Shown: positions 58,515 through 64,000 of the stretch, in pieces
Position numbering within the stretch: the stretch's first letter is position 1
Layout of the letters: every line of letters begins with the position of its first letter
NCBI GenBank assembly: GCA_964488685.1
Contig: CAZAVY010000001.1
Location: 52,462-116,461, forward strand
Direction: 5' to 3'
DNA: 64,000 bases
DNA from: an uncultured Gammaproteobacteria bacterium
Lineage (GTDB): Bacteria > Pseudomonadota > Gammaproteobacteria > GCA-001735895
Position numbers and translations under genes: made by a program
Notes under the pieces: generated by a model
The model's input: only the letters and a program-made list of their open reading frames with translations
Told to the model about the DNA's origin: nothing
Databases searched by the model: none

Positions 58515-59438
58515 ATGTCGATGGACGATCGTGATGGTCTTATCTGGTTCGATGGTGAGATGGTTGCCTGGCGCGACGCCACAATTCATGTTTTAACCCA
58601 TACGCTACACTATGGGATGGGCTGCTTCGAAGGCGTACGTGCTTACCATGCCGAACAGGGCACCGCAATCTTTGCTCTCGAAGCCCATACCATCCGCTTG
58701 CTGGATTCCTGCAAGGTGCTGGACATGGCGATCCCTTATGACAAGCAACAATTGATGGATGCCCAGATCGCTGCGGTGCGGGACAACCAACTGGACAGTG
58801 CTTATATACGTCCTATGGTTTTTTATGGCTCTGAAGGCATGGGCCTTCGCGCCGACAACCTGAGTGTACGATGCATCGTTGCCGCCTGGGAATGGGGATC
58901 CTACCTCGGGCAGGATGGACTGGAAAAAGGCATTCGTATCAAGACGTCTTCCTATACGCGTCATCATCCCAATATCGCGGTAACCAAGGCCAAGGCAAAC
59001 GGACAATACATCAATTCGATGATGGCGCTCGGGGAAGCGTTAAAAGACGGCTACGACGAAGCCCTGTTGCTCGACCCCGAGGGTTACGTGGCAGAAGGTT
59101 CCGGTGAGAATATCTTTGTCGTCAGGGATGACGTAATCTATACGCCCGAAGCGACTTCAGCATTGAACGGTATAACCCGCAAGACAATTTTCAGGCTCGC
59201 GGCGGACAACGACCTGAAGATCATCGAAAAACGGATCACGCGCGACGAAATTTATATCGCCGATGAAGCTTTCTTTACCGGTACCGCGGCCGAGGTGACA
59301 CCGATCGCCGAACTCGATAATCGTGCGATTGGTAGTGGCACCCGCGGCCCGATAACCGAACTATTGCAATCAGGTTATTTTGACCTGGTGCATGGACGCA
59401 ACGAAAAATATCTAGACCTGTTAACTTTTGTGAAATAG
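58515..59438 (+). CDS. ilvE: Branched-chain amino acid aminotransferase
   Basis: 307 aa, fold-type IV PLP enzyme (IWFDGEMVAWRDATIHVLTHTLHYGMGCFEGVRAY...). It lies directly after glnE, as in Pseudomonas. Confidence 0.9.
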   Translation: MSMDDRDGLIWFDGEMVAWRDATIHVLTHTLHYGMGCFEGVRAYHAEQGTAIFALEAHTIRLLDSCKVLDMAIPYDKQQLMDAQIAAVRDNQLDSAYIRPMVFYGSEGMGLRADNLSVRCIVAAWEWGSYLGQDGLEKGIRIKTSSYTRHHPNIAVTKAKANGQYINSMMALGEALKDGYDEALLLDPEGYVAEGSGENIFVVRDDVIYTPEATSALNGITRKTIFRLAADNDLKIIEKRITRDEIYIADEAFFTGTAAEVTPIAELDNRAIGSGTRGPITELLQSGYFDLVHGRNEKYLDLLTFVK

Positions 59439-59445
59439 AAAAATC

Positions 59446-59658
59446 ATGGTAAATCCGGATACAGCCTCTGATCAGCACGCGTTCTCAACGCCAAATGCGA
59501 AAACAGCGATCGAAGTCAAAGCTGAAAGCTTGCCGATCCATTGCCCTGTTGAAGGGGCCAGCCTGTGGGATTCTCACCCCCAGGTCTACATACCGGTAGA
59601 AGAAAATGGTGGCGAAGCCAGGTGCCCTTATTGTGGAACGATGTTCAAACTACTGTAA
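59446..59658 (+). CDS. Small zinc-finger (zf-CHCC-like) protein
   Basis: 70 aa. The sequence IHCPVEG...HPQVYIPVEENGGEARCPYCGTMFKL matches the CHCC zinc-finger pattern. Confidence 0.6.
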   Translation: MVNPDTASDQHAFSTPNAKTAIEVKAESLPIHCPVEGASLWDSHPQVYIPVEENGGEARCPYCGTMFKLL

Positions 59659-59671
59659 CCAATCCTTCAAG

Positions 59672-60562
59672 CTAATTTGCTTTCCAGACCCAGGCGTCAC
59701 TTACGCCCAGTTGCGCCTTTACCTGGTTGCGAGCGTTCAACGCGGCTTCGATTGAAATGAAACCCGGCAATAACAAACGGTGCAGGGTTCGTCCCTGACG
59801 CACCACCGATTTAATTTGAACCGCGAAACCTTTTTCGTGAAAGCTTCGCTTCACTTGTTCGGCCTTTCCCTGATGGGTCAAGGAAATTAATACCAGCTGC
59901 CATACGCCATCGGTGCTCGCGATCCCCAGTGCCGCATCCACTTCGGTTTCCGCCGCCCAGATTTGCAGCTGTTGCATATCGACCTGATCCACCGGCAAGG
60001 CAGTCTGCCCTTTCGGTTTTACGTAAAAACTCAAAGCCTGATCCATGGTGGTAGTCGCCGCTCCCTCGGTGTCGACTGAAATCGCACCTTCAATCAGGCA
60101 AACCAGATCCTGTGCCTGGTTGCTGCGGCCCCAGATATCGGTACCTCGAATTCCAGCGGTAATCGCACCGATCCTGACTTTCACGCGGTGCCCCACGGTC
60201 GTGGATTTGAAAAATGCCGAGGTAAACCGAAACGCCCCGCGCAATACCTGGAACGCAGAATCGAGCACGGAACTTCCCTGGGATTCAGCAAGCGCCGCGG
60301 AATCTATGATGAAACGCGCAGATTCACCCAGCTTCAGCGCGCTGCCGTCGGATAAGCGCAACAGCACACGGCCGCCTTTACCGGTACGAATCAAATCATC
60401 AGCCTGCAGTATCGAACCGGGCAACAGGGGCAGGGTCTTGTAATTTCTGACTACCCAGGCCGGATAGTTCATAGAATCAACCTCGATCAGAGCCTGGCCG
60501 CTGACTGATAGCGAGCAGAGCGTCAAAAGCGCGCCAAACACTGCTTTTGTCAAGTTTGTCAT
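59672..60562 (-). CDS. Signal-peptide-bearing FecR-domain / SPOR-domain protein
   Basis: 296 aa with a signal peptide (LTLCSLSVSGQA). A FecR-like beta-sandwich segment (GGRVLLRLSDGSALKLGESARFII) is followed by a C-terminal SPOR-like repeat (WQLVLISLTHQGKAEQVKRSFHEKGFAVQIKSVVRQGRTLHRLLLPGF). Confidence 0.6.
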   Translation of the reverse strand: MTNLTKAVFGALLTLCSLSVSGQALIEVDSMNYPAWVVRNYKTLPLLPGSILQADDLIRTGKGGRVLLRLSDGSALKLGESARFIIDSAALAESQGSSVLDSAFQVLRGAFRFTSAFFKSTTVGHRVKVRIGAITAGIRGTDIWGRSNQAQDLVCLIEGAISVDTEGAATTTMDQALSFYVKPKGQTALPVDQVDMQQLQIWAAETEVDAALGIASTDGVWQLVLISLTHQGKAEQVKRSFHEKGFAVQIKSVVRQGRTLHRLLLPGFISIEAALNARNQVKAQLGVSDAWVWKAN

Positions 60563-60595
60563 ATGCGTCCTCCTTCCTTACTAACCCGGCGACAT

Positions 60596-60624
60596 AAAAA
60601 AGGGGACGCTCGGTTCCCCTTTTG
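60596..60624 (-). terminator. Rho-independent (potentially bidirectional) terminator downstream of pnp
   Basis: AAAAAGGGGA-CGCTCGGT-TCCCCTTTT. The G/C core stem has A/T-run flanks on both sides. It lies 24 nt after the pnp stop. Confidence 0.65.
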
Positions 60625-60647
60625 ATTCATTTAGACCACAAGATGAA

Positions 60648-62750
60648 TTAGACTGCAGCAGCCTCATCTTCAGTCACCGCCTTCATGCTCAGGCGAATTC
60701 GACCCTGGCGGTCCACTTCAAGTACCTTGACCTTGACGACGTCGCCTTCCGAAAGTTTGTCACTGACATTTTCGACACGTTCGTCGGAAATTTGCGAAAT
60801 ATGCACCAGACCATCCTTGCCGGGCAGGATGTTGACAAAGGCGCCAAAATCCATGATCTTGGCAACTTTACCCTCGTAAATCACTCCGACTTCGACATCG
60901 GCGGTAACCTGTTCAACACGGCGCCTGGCTTCTTCGCCTGCAGCCTTCTCGACCGAGGCAATTTTCACCATACCATCATCATCAACCTCGATAGTCGCAC
61001 CCGTATCTTCGGTAATCGAACGAATGGTTGCACCACCTTTACCGATAACATCACGAATTTTCTCCGGGTTGATTTTAAAAGTAATCAATCGCGGCGCATA
61101 TTCGGACATTTCCTCACGACTTTCGGACAGTACCTTGGCCATTTCACCGAGGATAAACAAACGCCCATCCCTTGCCTGGTCTAATGCCTTTTGCATAATC
61201 TCGGTCGTGATACCGTCGATCTTGATATCCATTTGCAATGCGGTAATACCCTCGGTGGTACCAGCCACCTTGAAATCCATATCGCCAAGATGATCTTCGT
61301 CACCGAGAATATCGGACAATACCGCGAAATCGTCGCCTTCTTTGATCAGACCCATCGCGATACCCGCGACCGGCGCTTTAATCGGAACACCCGCGTCCAT
61401 CAACGATAGACTGGCACCACAGACGCTGGCCATCGAAGAAGAACCGTTTGATTCGGTAATCTCCGATACTACCCGTAGCACGTAAGGGAAATTATCGACC
61501 TGTGGCATTACCGCCTGAACGCCCCGCTTGGCGAGACGGCCATGTCCGATTTCACGACGCTTGGGAGTCCCGACACGTCCTGTTTCGCCGACACTGGAGG
61601 GCGGAAAATTGTAATGCATCATGAAGTTTTCCTTGCGGGTGCCCTCGATTGCATCGATCAGCTGTGCATCGCGCCCGGTGCCCAGGGTAGTCACCACCAG
61701 GGCCTGGGTCTCGCCCCGGGTAAACAGGGCCGAACCGTGGGTGCGCGGTAACACGCCGGTACGAATTGTGATCGGACGTACGGTCGCGGTATCGCGACCA
61801 TCGATGCGTTTTTCGCCCGCGATGATGCGACCACGAACAATCGATTTTTCGAGCTTACCGATCGCGCCACGTACATCAGCTTCAGCGGGAGAATCTTCCG
61901 CATCGCTGACCAGGGTCGCGGCAATTTCGTCGCGAACTTCACCCAGTTTATTCTGGCGTTCGAGTTTATTGGCGATGCAATAGGCCTGCGTAATCGCCGA
62001 CTCACCTTCGGCGTTTACTTTTTGCGCCAGAGCTTCGTCAGTTTCGGGAGCTTGCCACTCCCAGGGTTCGACGTTAACTTCAGCAGCCAGCTCTTCGATC
62101 GCCCGAATTGCGCTCTGCAATTGTTCGTGGCCGAAAACAACCGAACCCAGCATGATTTCTTCCAACAGGCAATTGGCTTCCGATTCAACCATGAGTACTG
62201 CATTTTTAGTCCCGGCGACAACCAGGTCCAGATCTGATTCGGCAACCTGGCTATTGCCGGGATTCAGTATATATTCACCATCGATGTAACCGACACGAGC
62301 CGCGCCAATCGGGCCGCTGAAGGGAATTCCGGAAATGGCCAAGGCAGCCGAGGTGCCCAGCAATGCGAGAATATCTGCATCGACTTCAGGATTGCTCGAA
62401 ACCACGTTTACGACTACCTGCACTTCATTCATAAATCCCTTTGGAAACAGCGGGCGAATCGGCCGATCGATAAGGCGACAGGTTAAGGTTTCCTTTTCAT
62501 TGGGACGACCTTCACGCTTGAAAAATCCTCCGGGAATCCTGCCGGCGGCGTAGGTTTTTTCCTGGTAGTCGACGGTCAGCGGGAAAAAGCCGCGACCGGG
62601 GTCGGCAGTCTTCGATCCAACCACGGTAACCATTACCACGGTATCCGCCATGGTTACAAATACTGCACCGCTGGCCTGGCGCGCTATTTCTCCAGTTTCG
62701 AGCGTAACTTCATGTGCGCCGTATTGAAATATTTTTTTAATTGGGTTCAC
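60648..62750 (-). CDS. pnp: Polyribonucleotide nucleotidyltransferase (PNPase)
   Basis: 700 aa with two RNase PH-like domains, a KH domain ([11 protein letters not shown]) and an S1 domain ([28 protein letters not shown]). Confidence 0.94.
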   Translation of the reverse strand: MNPIKKIFQYGAHEVTLETGEIARQASGAVFVTMADTVVMVTVVGSKTADPGRGFFPLTVDYQEKTYAAGRIPGGFFKREGRPNEKETLTCRLIDRPIRPLFPKGFMNEVQVVVNVVSSNPEVDADILALLGTSAALAISGIPFSGPIGAARVGYIDGEYILNPGNSQVAESDLDLVVAGTKNAVLMVESEANCLLEEIMLGSVVFGHEQLQSAIRAIEELAAEVNVEPWEWQAPETDEALAQKVNAEGESAITQAYCIANKLERQNKLGEVRDEIAATLVSDAEDSPAEADVRGAIGKLEKSIVRGRIIAGEKRIDGRDTATVRPITIRTGVLPRTHGSALFTRGETQALVVTTLGTGRDAQLIDAIEGTRKENFMMHYNFPPSSVGETGRVGTPKRREIGHGRLAKRGVQAVMPQVDNFPYVLRVVSEITESNGSSSMASVCGASLSLMDAGVPIKAPVAGIAMGLIKEGDDFAVLSDILGDEDHLGDMDFKVAGTTEGITALQMDIKIDGITTEIMQKALDQARDGRLFILGEMAKVLSESREEMSEYAPRLITFKINPEKIRDVIGKGGATIRSITEDTGATIEVDDDGMVKIASVEKAAGEEARRRVEQVTADVEVGVIYEGKVAKIMDFGAFVNILPGKDGLVHISQISDERVENVSDKLSEGDVVKVKVLEVDRQGRIRLSMKAVTEDEAAAV

Positions 62751-62764
62751 TTTATTCTCACTTG

Positions 62765-63034
62765 TTAACGACGCAATCCGAGTCTTGCAATCAAATCTTT
62801 GTAACGCTGCTGATTTTTGGATTTCAGGTAATCCAGTAAATTGCGACGTTGGTTGACCATCCTCAACAAACCTCGACGCGAGTGATGATCGTGAATGTGT
62901 TGTTTGAAATGCTCGGTCAAATGAGTTATCTGCTGCGATAACAGTGCTACCTGCACTTCGGGTGACCCGGTGTCACCGCTAGCTTGCTGATAATCGGCGA
63001 TAATTGCAGCTTTCTGTTCGGCTGACATTGCCAT
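62765..63034 (-). CDS. rpsO: 30S ribosomal protein S15
   Basis: 89 aa. [51 protein letters not shown] is the S15 signature. Confidence 0.94.
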   Translation of the reverse strand: MAMSAEQKAAIIADYQQASGDTGSPEVQVALLSQQITHLTEHFKQHIHDHHSRRGLLRMVNQRRNLLDYLKSKNQQRYKDLIARLGLRR

Positions 63035-63147
63035 GAATAAACCTCGTGGACCCGAAAAAGGCTGGTATTCTACCTATCTGGGCAGGTGGTAACAAGGACT
63101 TTCACGGGAATAATCAGGGTAATTGCCAGACGCCAGCGCAAACAGGG

Positions 63148-64000
63148 TTATCTTGCTGTATTCATTAACCTTTTTGCCGCCAATTTACCATGCGGGCCGA
63201 CCTCGCCCAGGCCGATAAATCCATGCTCACTGGATACCAGTTGGCACAGACCGATGATTCCGGATTGATCCACCGAAATCTGCTTCCCAAGGCGTATATC
63301 GACGCTGTCGGATGCATTCAGCCTGAGTTCCGGGAACTGTCTCAAGGCGCTGGTCACCGGTAGTAGCAGTGCATCGATCCGTCTCTGCCCCCGAAGTGCC
63401 AGTTCCTGTAGTTGCGGCATCGTAACCGCGCCCAGTTCCACAAACGAATCGACCGCCACACGATGCAGGGCAGTTAAATGCGCACCGCAGCCCAGGGCGG
63501 CACCGATGTCTTCCGCCAGCGTCCTGATATAGGTACCCTTGGAACAGCTCACCTGGAACGACAGGTTTTCACCGCAAAAGGACAGCAAGGTTAATTGTTG
63601 AATCTCGATGCGGCGTGGTTTGCGCTCCAGCTGTATACCTTCACGCGCCAACTGGTAAAGTCGCTTGCCCTGGTGCTTGAGCGCAGAGTACATCGGTGGA
63701 ATCTGCTCGCTTTCACCGGTAAATTCGTCGAGAACCTGCTTTATCCGGACGGCATCGACATCGACGGTAGCGGTGGCGGTCACTTCTCCTTCGGCATCCC
63801 CCGTAACCGTGGTCTTGCCGAGACAACAGGTGGCGCGATAGGTTTTGTTGGCGCTAAGCAGATAGCTCGAAAAGCGGGTGGCCTGACCCAGGCAAATGGG
63901 CAAAACACCAGTGGCCATGGGATCCAGGCTGCCGCAATGGCCCGCCTTGCGAGCGCAGTAAAGTTTGCGCACCTGCTGCAAGGCCTGGTTCGAACTGCAA
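63148..64000 (-). CDS. truB: tRNA pseudouridine(55) synthase, 5' end beyond the window edge
   Basis: The frame stays open past the ORF-track TTG at 63981 to the window end (...CSSNQALQQVRKLY...). The catalytic-Asp motif reads KAGHCGSLDPMATGVLPICLG. The sequence is collinear with E. coli TruB. Confidence 0.9.
   Translation of the reverse strand, partial: CSSNQALQQVRKLYCARKAGHCGSLDPMATGVLPICLGQATRFSSYLLSANKTYRATCCLGKTTVTGDAEGEVTATATVDVDAVRIKQVLDEFTGESEQIPPMYSALKHQGKRLYQLAREGIQLERKPRRIEIQQLTLLSFCGENLSFQVSCSKGTYIRTLAEDIGAALGCGAHLTALHRVAVDSFVELGAVTMPQLQELALRGQRRIDALLLPVTSALRQFPELRLNASDSVDIRLGKQISVDQSGIIGLCQLVSSEHGFIGLGEVGPHGKLAAKRLMNTAR

Overview
The window is a densely packed gammaproteobacterial chromosomal segment. 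Gene order is Pseudomonas/Marinobacter-like. It contains lpxA-fabZ-lpxD-skp-bamA-rseP-dxr-cdsA-uppS-frr-pyrH-tsf-rpsB divergent from map-glnD, then rpoE(algU)-rseA-rseB-rseC-degP(mucD)-grx-like-lepA-lepB-DUF4845-rnc-era-recO, then nadB, yjbQ, adk, glnE-ilvE and truB-rpsO-pnp. Most of it is core housekeeping. I found no rRNA, CRISPR array, integrase or intact transposase.

Non-core content is concentrated at about 25.3-29.8 kb.
- After a cystathionine gamma-lyase / cystathionine beta-synthase pair comes an autonomous two-gene unit (25598-27544). It encodes a MotA/ExbB-type channel protein with a short helical tail. Its partner is a MotB/ExbD-type single-pass protein with the conserved TM aspartate, a heptad-rich stalk of about 190 aa and no OmpA-type domain. 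This is my best candidate for an undescribed ion-driven (5:2-type) motor system.
- Immediately downstream lies tRNA-Arg(CCU), then a higBA toxin-antitoxin pair with a 42-bp near-perfect palindrome.
- After that is a graveyard of gene fragments: a Y1-transposase HTH fragment, a chimeric signal-peptide/FAD-oxidoreductase ORF with an in-frame TGA, and a truncated PII gene abutting it tail to tail.

A second notable block is at 32.9-38.6 kb. A TonB-dependent receptor, a periplasmic PF04392-like binding protein and a BarA/GacS-type hybrid kinase are tightly coupled, with an ATGA overlap between the last two. The block ends against a pdxJ remnant that carries both an internal deletion and a 3' truncation.

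Other points:
- A signal-peptide-bearing NHL/FN3/TPR protein of more than 1300 codons runs off the left edge and is absent from the supplied ORF track.
- Ribosomal protein S2 carries a C-terminal extension of about 146 aa.
- There is a 170-bp MITE-like long palindrome at 52277-52446.
- An ABC importer has no adjacent binding-protein gene.

All calls rest on hand translation and remembered family signatures. No searches or computations were run.
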